DNA of 64,000 nt. Origin: Vitrella brassicaformis CCMP3155 (lineage: Eukaryota > Protista > Chromerida). The number at the start of each line of letters is the position of its first letter. The first letter of the stretch is position 1. The notes below the pieces were generated by a model, which was given only the letters and a program-made list of their open reading frames with translations, was not told where the DNA came from and searched no databases. Of the stretch, positions 12,533 through 24,100 are shown piece by piece. The stretch lies in NCBI GenBank assembly GCA_001179505.1, contig CDMY01000346.1, positions 1 to 64,000 of the forward strand. Direction: 5' to 3'. The position numbers were made by a program, and so were the translations under genes.

Positions 12533-13805
12533 ATGATGGAGTGGCGTGATGCTCGCCTGACCCCGATTGTGATTCCTCTCAACGTGTATGTATTGTGTCC
12601 ATTAGAAAGTGGCGAGCCGAAATCTTCTGCTGCTCCGACCTACCAGGACATGATCCAGGTGCACAACACACAACATTGGGAGCCAAATCGCACACACATC
12701 CATCTGTGTCATTGTGTCTGTACATGCAGACGGGCACTTTGCGTGTCCCTGGCGGTGTGCTCCATTTCCATCAGTCAGCTGAGTGGGGCGGGGGGAGCGG
12801 CGGCCGCCTGTGGGAGGCCGGGATCGCCCTCGCACTCTTCTTCGCACACGGAGGTACGGTGACACACAAACGTGACACATCGAGTGGATGCGCCACGCAA
12901 GCTGCGCATCGTTGCGGTCAGGTGTGCCCCTGGATCACTGGAAGGGCCGCAATGTGCTGGAGCTGGGATGTGGAAGCGGCACAGTGGGTCTCACTGTGGC
13001 GATGCTGGGCGCAAACGGTACTCTCACCGCCTCGGAAGGCATGGCTTTGTGCCCGTGGCATGCCATCCGTTGCTTCGTGTGTGCTGCTGTGTGTGCAGTG
13101 ACGTGTACGGATGTGCCAGAGGTTCGTCCAGTGTTTGAAGCCAGCTGTGAAGCCAATGCACAGGTGCCTCGACACCGAAAGCAGAGCCATGCTCGCATGC
13201 ATCGCTCGTCACTCGCTCTCCTTTGATGTGTGTGTGGTTCGTTCAGGTTCTTGCGTGCAGCGGGGCAGGATCGATCGTATTCCAGCCGCTCGACTGGTAC
13301 GCAACATGCACATGGACACACACGCACGCATGTGCCTGCATGTGTGTTCATGTCCTCATGTAAACAGGCACGATGCGGCCGCTCTCCCAGACAGTCACCG
13401 CAGCATCAACACGATCGTGGCATCCGACGTGGTCTTTAATCTCAAGCAGGCGGAGGCCTTCACGGCGTGCATCGGGCGGCTCATGTCGGCCGCTGCCGGC
13501 GACGGCGAGTCCATCGATGTGTGGATCGCCCACAAGCACCGACATGATGACGTACGGCAACCACACGATTGCAATGCGACCATCCATCCACTGACTGTTC
13601 ATGTGTGGCGGGCTTGTCCGTGTGTGTGTCCGTGTGTCAGGTTGACGCTGCGTTTGTGAGTGCTTTGGAGGGCATAGGGCTTGAGGGCGAGGAGATGGAG
13701 GTGTCGGGTGTGCTGCCGCCTACCTTGATACACCCGAGACTATCCATTTGGAGACTCGCCAAGCAGAGATCAGCCAGTGCAGAGAAGAGGGGAGAGAGGA
13801 AATAG
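12533..13805 (+). CDS. METTL21/family-16 protein lysine methyltransferase-like (start uncertain)
   Basis: GGRLWEAGIALA, VLELGCGSGTVGL, VTCTDV, FQPLDW and IVASDVVF motifs in spliced exons. Confidence 0.85.
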
Positions 13806-13919
13806 GCTACTGGCTGTCGCAGGGATTGCATTGATGAGTGCGATACCACACACGACACGCATGCATCGAGTGAATGAATCTCAATTGTGTCTCTTCCCGC
13901 AACAGAGTCAGGCCATCAA

Positions 13920-14553
13920 TCACCCCTCAGCAGCCACCAATTGCCTTGTGAGCTCTGCAAACATCTCGTGTATGCCCCTCCCTGTGGACGCGGACGTCTC
14001 GAAGAACAGAAACCCCTTAGAAGACGCCCATTGTCTGCCCTCCAGCTCCCCCACTGCCCTTGACCGCATGTCGCTCTTGTTGCCGCACACCACATAGACA
14101 ACGTCCTTGCCGCCACACTTAAGCGCTTCCCTCAGCCACAGATCAAGGTTGGTGCTGATGCACACAGGAAAGAACACGTCTAGATATCGGGAGTCCGTTC
14201 GTTGTCTGTCGTCGGTTCAAATCCGCTTACAAGGACTTGCGTGAGGTGATGTCATACATTAGAATCCCCCCGTGGGCGTCCTTGTAGAACTCATTCCTCA
14301 CGTCGAGGAACTCCTCATGGCCAGAGAGGTCCCACAGATTGAGCCGCAGGTCCATGTCCGCAAAGTGGGTCATCGAACTCACTTGGAAGTCGATTCCCAC
14401 GGTGGCGTTGTATGTGGGCGAGAACTGCCCAGTGCAGTAGCGCGAGATGACGGAGGTCTTGCCGACGTAGGCGTCGCCGAACACGATGACTTTCACACGT
14501 GATACCTCGCGGACGAGGGGCTTCACACGCCGACGCTCCACCGATGGGCCCAT
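13920..14553 (-). CDS. RJL: RJL-family small GTPase (RBJ/DNAJC27-like, no J domain)
   Basis: GDAYVGKTS, TVGIDF, WDLSGHEEFLDVRNEFYKD, NKSD and ETSA. The DLSG..VRNEFYK signature is typical of RJL. Confidence 0.85.
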
Positions 14554-15239
14554 CGTGTGCAATGTCGCGAGAAGGACGGGGAAATTGCACTGGCAGTTCT
14601 CGTGGGGGCTGGATGGGGGCGTAGATGTTTTGTCTCAACCGCCGTCGTGTCCCTTCCGTCCCAGTCCACAAATATGTCTCAAGGTCCATACAAGCAAGAC
14701 TTACTCTCTCTACTCACCGAAACCCATCGACTCGACACTCATGGAACAGTGTATGTCCCCGGCAATGCCGTGCACTCAGTCTGCTGCATGTCTGTTGAGT
14801 GTCTCTGTGAATGTGTGACGCCTAGGTGCAGTAGTTGGGCTTCTTGGACTTGTAGGCTTGCACCTTACCGCCTTGCCCAGCTGGACCGAAGAAACCGCCC
14901 TCCTCCGGCTGCACATATGCACAGGGAGATGATGGATGTGAGTACACAGGCATGCATACGTGTTTGTAAGTAGACAGACAGACAGGCAGGCAGGCAGGCG
15001 GACAGTAAGTCACGCAGCAATCCTCACCGTGCATCGGCCGCCCCGGCAGAAGCAGTAGTAACCTGGTCGCAGACAGACAGACATCAACCAAGAAAAAAAC
15101 CGCTGCATCTGCATGTGTCACGTGCACCCTCGACTAACGCACCCGGCGCGGCCTTCCCACACAGATTCCCACCCGCTGCAGGCATGACCAACGCACGCAT
15201 ATCGACAACGAATGTGTGTATGGTATGCAGCGCAAACTA

Positions 15240-15397
15240 GATACATATTGACGGTTGAGAGCGTCTTCCTACCACTCTGCCATTGACATTCTCCGGGGTT
15301 GAAGTCAACACCCTCGAGCTGTGCGGACCCGCAGTAACAGCCTTACACAAGCAGACACACAGACACACACACACACAGACACACAGACACACAGACA

Positions 15398-15434
<37 letters not shown>

Positions 15435-17804
15435 TTGTGAAAATAACGAAAAGGATAGTGTCTGGTCTACGCACTTACTGCGCACTTACTGGGGAAGCGC
15501 GGGGTGTCTGAGATGCGTGTGTGACTGAGTTCAGCGCGGCTGAGACGGAGGAAGCTGGCAGGCGTGCCGAGAGGATTCATGTCTGAAAACACACACATAT
15601 ACCATCGACTCGAGAAACGCTAGCACTATACCGTTTTTCTGGAGGGCCGACTCGAAGACGCTGAGGGAAAGAGGCACACAACAAGCCAGATACATGCATG
15701 TTGAAAACGCTCGGAGGCCTGCACTACGATGCTCCCCGCTCACAAATTGTAGGTGGTGTAAGGACTCACTTTGATGACTGGACACACACACACCGGTTGA
15801 GCCGACATAGACCGGCATAGACCAGGTTGCCCGACGATGAGAGCTTCTTCATGCCGGCAGGGCTGAGCTTCATCTCGCACTTGTCTTCTTTGCATGTGGT
15901 CTTGCCGTCCTTGCATGAGAAGCTTATCTCATAAGGGGCCATGTCGCCCATGGTCTTGAGCATCGCGAGCAGCCCTGCGTGTGCCTTGGTTTTCCCCCAG
16001 CTGTTACAGATGGAGATGGATACTTCCTTGGCCCTCTGCTTGCCCGTCAACGTCTCTTCGATCAGCTCACTGCCATCGAATAGACAAGGAGCACGTGTTT
16101 GGTGTCTGTGTGCTCATGGTGTCTTGCCGACCGCGCAGCCGTTTGAATCGGGTTGGCATACTCCTGACGTGACGCAGATGAGAGCAGGTACGCACAGACA
16201 CATGACCGCTCAATCTTCCCTCCTATGGCTCCATGTCATCGCTCACTGACATGGCTGTCGACCATGCCGCCTGCACACAAAACACAGACCTCTAGGTGTA
16301 CTCGTGTCTTATTGATGGTGGTTGCCACTTGTTGGTCCGCCCACCTGGCAGAGCCCAGTCGCCGCTGTCAGCCCGCTTGATCAGCAGAACCTGCACACAC
16401 AGGCAAGAGAAGCCAGCAAGCGCATCTGCATCCCAGCATTCCTTCCCTCTATGTCTCATTGCTGACGCTGACCTCAAGTGCCATGTCCTTCGGGTTTCTC
16501 CGGAAGAGCTGCATTCATGTATCGATCGACCCGCTCGCATGAATGAGTGTGATTGAAGCTCACGCATATCCCATGTCCTTCACTCTGCTTGCTCACCATG
16601 GCGTCGGCCGCGAAATTCGGGCCCCACTTGCCTGTTCAGGCGAATAACAGAAAGCCACGAGCATCAGGCGCCCTCCGGTCCTGTCTTGTGTGTCGTTGAT
16701 TTGATGCATGACTCACCGAGGCCGCCGCGGCCAATCACACCAGTGCAATGGCGAGGATTCACCTGAAACAGAGCGGAGACAGACACACGAAGCACCCTGT
16801 GCGTGTGTCTCGTCTTAGTCGGTCAGCTACCGGGTATCCGACGGGGAAATCGACGCTCTTGATGTCGAGACCCACTCCTGGGGGCCAAAGGCGGCCCTTC
16901 AGGGTGAAGTCAGGCGCCAGCCCGGCGATTGTCTGCAGACAACAACACACACGACCAAGTTGGTCTGCATTATCCCATCATAAGGCCACGGCAAATAAAA
17001 AAAACAAGGCTTTCCGGCCGCTGGCTTTGTCCAACTCCATTGGCGTGGTCTCCGTGAAGTTGTACAGCGATGTGCATGGCTTGACATCCGGCGGCGCGTG
17101 GGGGCCACTTCCAACAGGGGTGAAGGTCACGCGACGCAGGGCCTCGCCCTTGCTGTTCTTCAGGTGTTCGTCGGGGTTTTTACCCGAGAAGACGTGCAGC
17201 AGCTGGTCCTTGGCCACAACGTCATTGACCGATGCATCGCAGTAAGAGGGTGGATGACCGAGCCACGCCATGACCTGGCACTGGTCGTAGTAGCTGCATA
17301 CATGATCCACACACACACACACACACACAACATGCTTGCAGGATGTGAGCGATTGTGTGGCCGGCTGGCTTACATTGGCTTAGTGGGGTCGGGGGCGGGG
17401 AATGTGCCGAGCTTTTGGCCTCTTTCCTTTGCTTTGGGAGCCACCTTGTCCTTCATCAATGCGTCGAATCTCTTCTCTCTCTGGTTCAGCTGGTCCTTCG
17501 TCTTTACCCCCGTCATTACCTGTCATGGACAACAAGCATTGCAAGTGGGACAAAGGTGAGTCGAATTGTGTGCGACATAGTGTGACAGCACCTTCCAGAA
17601 GCCCGTGTACACGAGTCCGGCCTGTTGGCCCTCCTTCAGTCCCGGAGGCATGTCATGATCTCGATGTGATGTCGACGTGCCAGTGTGCGTGTGGTGTCGG
17701 TGTTTGGGGCGGATAACTGCGATTAGAGTGCTCGAGCGAACAGGAGAGATAATACACGTAACCGCGGTGAACAGCGCCACAAGCAGGGATGTGCGACGCA
17801 GCAT
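15240..17804 (-). CDS. NUDT9: NUDT9-like ADP-ribose pyrophosphatase with a signal peptide and long N-terminal extension (3' end unresolved)
   Basis: Spliced NPRHCTGVIGRGGLGKWGPNFAADAMV, VLLIKRADSGDWALPG and a Nudix box QTAAR|ELIEET split by an intron. The N-terminus is MLRRTSLLVALFTAVTCII. Confidence 0.8.
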
Positions 17805-18342
17805 TGTGAAACGGGATGCGGCGAATCGATTGCTGGTTCGGGTCCAAGGCGGCAGGGGGTCTCAGGAAAGGACGGCAGGGACAATTGCAATGTTGGGATG
17901 ATGCGGGATGCTGTGGGATGTGTAGCCGAGCGAGACGCCCCCACGTGCAGATCTGCGGCTAGGAAAACGGCGGCATGACTCGCAAGATGGGTGTGTTTGG
18001 TCTCACCCTTTGTTTTGTTGTCCACATCGCCGGTAAGCCGTCGTCAGACCTCATCGATGTGTGGATGGATGCATCCCCCCTACTTGTGCGGTGCAGTGGC
18101 AGTTGACACGGAGTCTCTCGTCACGGACGAAGGCGCTGGCGTTTTCATCGAACAAGGTGGATGGGTGGGCAGGGAGGAAGATCTGTGTCTGCAATGGGCA
18201 TGGATGGACGCATCCGATGGATTGGTTGCAGGTGCATCTTCCATGGTAGAGTTGTCGCTGATGCAGGAGCAGCTGAGGGCCTGATGCAGTCGCAATTTGC
18301 CGTGCAGGAATCCACCATCGCCGTGCAGGAGGCCGCACTCAA

Positions 18343-20182
18343 CGCGACTGGCTCCCCCTGTATGGCTGCTCGGGCGGTAGTAGGCAGCCTCTCCGCACAA
18401 GGCAAACTTTAACCGCTTTGAGTGAAGGGTCAAATCGGGTGTATATACCAGGGGTCCATTCGACAAAGTCGAGAATCTCGACGTGCAGGCCCCCAAATGG
18501 CAGTTGACCCACATACATAAAACTGCAGAGAAGCAGCCCACCCAGATGATCAAAAGCAAATGTGAACCGCCCATGTGAGAGCCTCTCACACACCAAGCAG
18601 CAGCTCCTCGCTCGGTCACGTTCATTCACAATGGGCACCCTTCTAACAGCGCTCCGTTCTCAGCAACAAAAGCAGCTGTGACCATCGCGCTGAGCGCATC
18701 TGAACGCTCACTCAAGGGACTGTCAATTCATTTCAAACATCATCAACTCACTCACTCTGGTTCGTGAGATATGATTCACTCAATTCTGTCTGACCAATGA
18801 GTCAGTACATTCATACAGACAATCATTCGCGCTACTAGACCAATCAGATGAGCCTTTGATTGGCACACCTATTCGCGTTAACGTTTGCTACAGCTTTCTC
18901 ACAGTTCTCCCTGAACTGCTGTCCCTTAAACGGGCCAGTAATAAGAAGAACGTCAGGCAGCGGTCTATCGTACTCGTCCGCAGGTATCATCCGTGTCTAG
19001 ATCTCACTTTGCTGTCATAGCTGAGAACGGCACGCCTTGACGTTGTCACCCCCTCCCTTCATCGTGTGATTCTCCTCTATTACATGCGCCTCTCGATTCA
19101 TCGACTCATGGGCCTGCATACATCCCAACAGACCGAAAACTGGGTCTCCCTTGACAAGTGAGACAGCGAGATGAAACAACACGTTGCACTCCAGCAAATG
19201 CATGGACGATTTGTATATGTCCAGCCATTTCAACCTGCAATCGCGAAAAAGCACGTTCATGGACCGAGACACTGAAATTCATCCGTTCACATCTCTCCGC
19301 CTACATCGTCAATCTCACAATCTTCATCTGCCAGACGTCTTCGCGGAAAGCCTCCAGCTCTGCCTTGGTTGATACCGTCGTCCTCAAGCAGAACTGGAAT
19401 GACATGAAGAAACACCAGGCCCGTCTCTGCATCCTGTGGGGACTCATGTCTCCGTTTGCCCCGACCAGTTGGCACAGCAGCAGCAGGAGCAGCGGCAGCG
19501 GCCGGCTGAGGCTGAGGCTGAGGCGGAGCATCAAGCATTTGGTCGGTTGTGTCGGGCTGAATGTTGGACAAGAGACACTGGTGGCTTTATGCTTTCGGGA
19601 ANNNNNNNNNNNNNNNNNNNNNNNNNNNNNNNNNNNNNNNNNNNNNNNNNNNNNNNNNNNNNNNNNNNNNNNNNNNNNNNNNNNNNNNNNNNNNNNNNNN
19701 NNNNNNNNNNNNNNNNNNNNNNNNNNNNNNNNNNNNNNNNNNNNNNNNNNNNNNNNNNNNNNNNNNNNNNNNNNNNNNNNNNNNNNNNNNNNNNNNNNNN
19801 NNNNNNNNNNNNNNNNNNNNNNNNNNNNNNNNNNNNNNNNNNNNNNNNNNNNNNNNNNNNNNNNNNNNNNNNNNNNNNNNNNNNNNNNNNNNNNNNNNNN
19901 NGAACGTGACCGAGCGAGGAGCTGCTGCTTGGTGTGTGAGAGGCTCTCACATGGGCGGTTCACATTTGCTTTTGATCATCTGGGTGGGCTGCTTCTCTGC
20001 AATTTTATGTATGTGGGTCAACTGCCATTTGGGGGCCTGCACGTCGAGATTCTCGACTTTGTCGAATGGACCCCTGGTATATACACCCGATTTGACCCTT
20101 CACTCAAAGCGGTTAAAGTTTGCCTTGTGCGGAGAGGCTGCCTACTACCGCCCGAGCAGCCATACAGGGGGAGCCAGTCGCG
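18343..20182. mobile_element. Putative non-autonomous TIR DNA transposon (281-bp or longer TIRs, 3-bp CAA target duplication)
   Basis: 18343-18623 is the near-perfect reverse complement of 19902-20182 (at least one substitution). CAA flanks both ends (18340-18342, 20183-20185). No transposase is visible, but 300 N are hidden. Confidence 0.75.
19015..19531 (-). CDS. Cargo ORF inside the element: hypothetical signal-peptide protein, probably one intron
   Basis: MLRLSLSLSRPLPLLLLLLCQLVGANG..LTM|LKWLDIYKS..CRSQL*, joined by a phase-2 GT-AG intron. Confidence 0.45.
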
Positions 20183-20735
20183 CAAGGCCATCGACCAGAT
20201 GATGGACATCATGGGCGAGCAAAAGTGCGGTAAGTGAGCGACCAACCGACTGCGCTGGCTGCGCGAGTGAGGATGTTGTGCAGAGAAGTGCAACGACTGG
20301 ATGGATGACCCGATCGTCGCGTACTACCGTGACTGCGAGTACCTCATGGTGGACGACGTGTGCGCCATCAGACTGCCGCAGGATGACGGCCTAGAGGGCT
20401 ACAAGAAATACCGCATGAAGACGTGCAAATGCCGCAAGAAGGACGCATACACACCCAAGAAATGCTGCGTAAGCTGCAATGCACAAACACAACTGATCAA
20501 TGACACAAAGTGTATGCATGTATGTTTGGATGGGTTCATTCATCAGGCGGCCGAGACCAAGATGTTTAAGGACGAGCCGGCCATGAGAGCCGCAGCCAGG
20601 GAGCTGGCCAACGCTCGCAACCCGCCACACAACCTAGAGTATGTCGAAAGGATGGCGCATGATCACTTCTCAACTTGGGTTGGCGGACCCTGAGGCGGTT
20701 GAGAGAGTGGCTCATGTCCGCCCGCCCAGCTGGGT

Positions 20736-20767
<32 letters not shown>

Positions 20768-21196
20768 CTTTCATTCTGCTGCTTTTGCTCATATTGTATG
20801 AATGTATGTGACGGCACCACCGTGTGAGTTTCAAACCATCGGCCGGCTGGCTGTCTGCCTGCCTGCCTGTCTATCTGTACAGACATGCGCATTCGTGTCG
20901 ATGGATGGATGGACGGATGGATGGATGGATGGAGCCTCTTCTTTTTTGACTAACGCACGGGAGGACGGACGCATGCGCATGTACATCGACATCGGAAGAT
21001 CCACTGACATATCTGAGACGTCCCATTTACTTCTTTGTCTTGCCATTCACCAATACTCATTCACCCAACGAACGAGCCACCAGGAAAGCAACACCACACA
21101 ACAGCACCCCCCATGACACTGGATGGATGGATGCGGCAAATTGGGACACCCCTGTCAGCAGCCCACACACAGGTGCATGTCTCTATCCACATTCAT

Positions 21197-24100
21197 TCAT
21201 TGCACAGGTGTGAGAGTCCGCAGCACCTCCCTCAGGTCGTCGGGCAGCGGACAGGTCACCTCCACACGCCGGTCCTGCAGATGCATGCGACACACCCATG
21301 TATGATCGTGTGGGTGACCGCGTGAATGTCCGCAGGCTGACCTGTGTGTCTCTGAATCGCAGACTGTGGAAGTGCAGAAACATCCTCGGACACCACACAC
21401 GGTCGCCTGAACGCACAGTCAGCATACATAAACTTGTGCGTGGCGCGGCTTGGCGTGGTGTGGTGTGGTGTTTTCCCGCACCTGTCTGTCCATTGTCCTT
21501 GCGGCCATATTTCGCGTCACCCACCAATGGGAAGCCTGCATGCGTTCAAAGGTGTGCCTCGTCCATGGTGGGTGCCTGCCTCCGTGTGAGATAGATGGCC
21601 TACCTTTGTGTGCCAGATGGACTCTGATTTGGTGCGTGCGGCCCGTGTGGAGCTTTACGCGCACCAGGCTCATAGTGTCGACCGCCCCATCACCCTCTGG
21701 GCTGCCTTGGGCATCATTCTCTGACGGCTGCCGATGGAAGTGGCCCAGACACTCGAACTCGGTAGCGGCAACGCGGCCGTCGTCTGATGGACGGATGGGT
21801 ACACACACGGACCCTCTGTGCACCGATCTGTGTGTGTCTCTGGTGTGGGCCCACCTCGCACAGACGTGATCAGGTGGTCGGGCCCTTGCTCGGTCTGGGT
21901 GAACAAAACGGAATGCACGCAATGTGCGAATTCTCTCTTCTTGGACTGACTGACTGGCTGACTTTGAGTCGCTCCGTGGCCCATTGAATGCCGGGAGGAA
22001 CACGGCCATGGGTCAGGCACACGTACTCCTTCCCCACCTACTCACACCACACCCACGCACATGTGCACGCGATGTGTTGAGTGCATTGATCCACTTGCCT
22101 GTTGCGCATCGAAGAGCAGCCGCAGATACATCCACATGGCTGGCGACTTGGCCACGAGCAGTGCGCCTGAGGTCTCGCTATCCAGCCGATGGGCAATGCC
22201 GTGCTGATACCTCCCATCCAGCAACACGTCACATGATGACCCCCACACATGACCTGACAGACAGCAATGAAATGCACCCATTTCCATGGTCTCATTCTCC
22301 CTCTGTCTGTCTGCCTGTGTCGGTACCGAGGAACACATGCAGCGGCTGTATGTCACTGCTCGCCACCATCTCCTTCGGCTGGTCCATCCCCTCTCCCTCT
22401 CTCCCACTGTCAATATTTCTCATGAGCCCCGACGGCAGCACCGACCAGTGCGGCGGCTTGTAGACCACCCAGCACTCAGGCGACTCGTACAAGATTCTAG
22501 GCACATCCTTTGCCCTCCGCTCTTCTTCACCCGTCATATCGACAAGGGCAGGACACCCACACAGCGACGAGTCGGTCAGGGGTTGTACAGAAGAGAGTGA
22601 GGATGAGATCGGGGGGCTGCTTGCTGTGTAGTGCCGCGTGGTGACATTTGTCCCACTCTCCAGTACTGGCCCGGCTCGGCGCATCACGTTATCTTTAAGG
22701 GCCTTCCACAAATCCTCACTCAGCCGGCCAGCCCGCCCATACGCCCACGCCAGCCGCGAGACAGACGACCCGTCAAGCGAATCCACCACACGGCCATCCC
22801 CGTCACCATCGCCACCGAGCACAATCTCCTCAATTCGGTCGAGCAGCATCGGCGCCTCACATTCGCTCGCGGCCACGGACCACGCCACGCCCACCAGCTT
22901 GTGCACGGGCAGTGCAGCCCGGTGTTGCGTGATATGTGTGTGGAGCAGCTCGGCGGTGCGGGCGAAGAATGTGGGGCTGCTGAATGAGAGGGCGGCGAAT
23001 GAGTGGAGAAGGATGGCGAGGTCTGTCGGGGGGAGGCAGGGGAGGTGGGGGGTAATCCAGCTGGTGAGCTCGGTGAATAGAGAAGGGTTGCTCACGTTGA
23101 GCGCGCTGTGCGTCCATGCTGGCCGATAGAACAACACACACACACGGAGTGTTGTGGTGGGCGCTGTGTGTGTGTGTGTGTGTACCGAGTGTGGATATGT
23201 CCATAGGGTCAAACTCGTCGAGGGACCTCTCATTGAGGATGTGCTCATCCACAGCACACAGCAGCTGCGACGCCACCAGACGAAAACCGCCCACGCTCAA
23301 CCCGTCCTGACAACAAAGACACACATACACCGACGACGTACACATACACGGCAACGCCCCCGTGCCATACCTGCTCATCTTCACTCTCTCTCTCCATCAT
23401 GACCGCCTCCCCGTATGACGCACGCACATATGCCGACGGCAATGTCACCAGATCGAAGGCGTTGCACCTCGGCAGCACGTCGCCGTGCTTCTCCAGCAGG
23501 TGCTGTGCAATGCCCGACAGGAGCGCCTCCGTGCGGTGTGTGGGTGGGAGGGGGCCGTAGGTGCCGACGAGCTTGGACAGGTCCGTCGGGTGCGTGGCGG
23601 CCACGCGCGGCAGCAGCACACTGTGCAAAAGAGCGTCCAAGAGGGTGTCTGTGTCTGTGTGGGCTTGGTTTGTGTGCGTACGTGGCCAGTGCATCGACAA
23701 GTGGGTGGGGGGCTGGCGCACCCTGCTGCCGCATTCGGACACATCCCGTCGCGAGGCCCACTAGTGACTGATCAACGGAAGAGAGAACAGAGAGAAACCC
23801 ACAACAAACAGCTCCGGGTCGCTCTCTCTCTCTCTATATATAGATATCACTATATATATATATCTCACTTTGGTGTCATATCCCTCCAGCCGCGTGGCTG
23901 CATTCTTGTGCGGATCGGGTGCCATCAGGAAGGCCTCGAGCGCGTCTAAGTACTCCTCATGAACCAGCCTGCAACCCATCAATCCACAACACCACACAGC
24001 GGGACACCACTGCAGCCGTCTTGCTTGCCTCGCCTCCTTCGTGTCTGTCTACCCGGCCTTAGCGAGCGTCCACACCATGGTCACGTTGTCTTTGCTGTTG

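Larger units (their letters stand above)
17975..20693 (+). pseudogene. Small secreted Cys-rich protein gene interrupted by an inverted-repeat element
   Basis: Removing 18343-20182 and one CAA restores MTRKMGVFGLTLCFVVHIAVA..QEAALKAIDQMMDIMGEQKCEKCNDW..KTCKCRKKDAYTPKKCC..WVGGP* with canonical introns. Confidence 0.75.

Noticed and set aside
19158-20237. Long ORFs spanning the N gaps (also 42262-43036 and 51908-53519)
   Set aside because: They are artefacts of translating through Ns.
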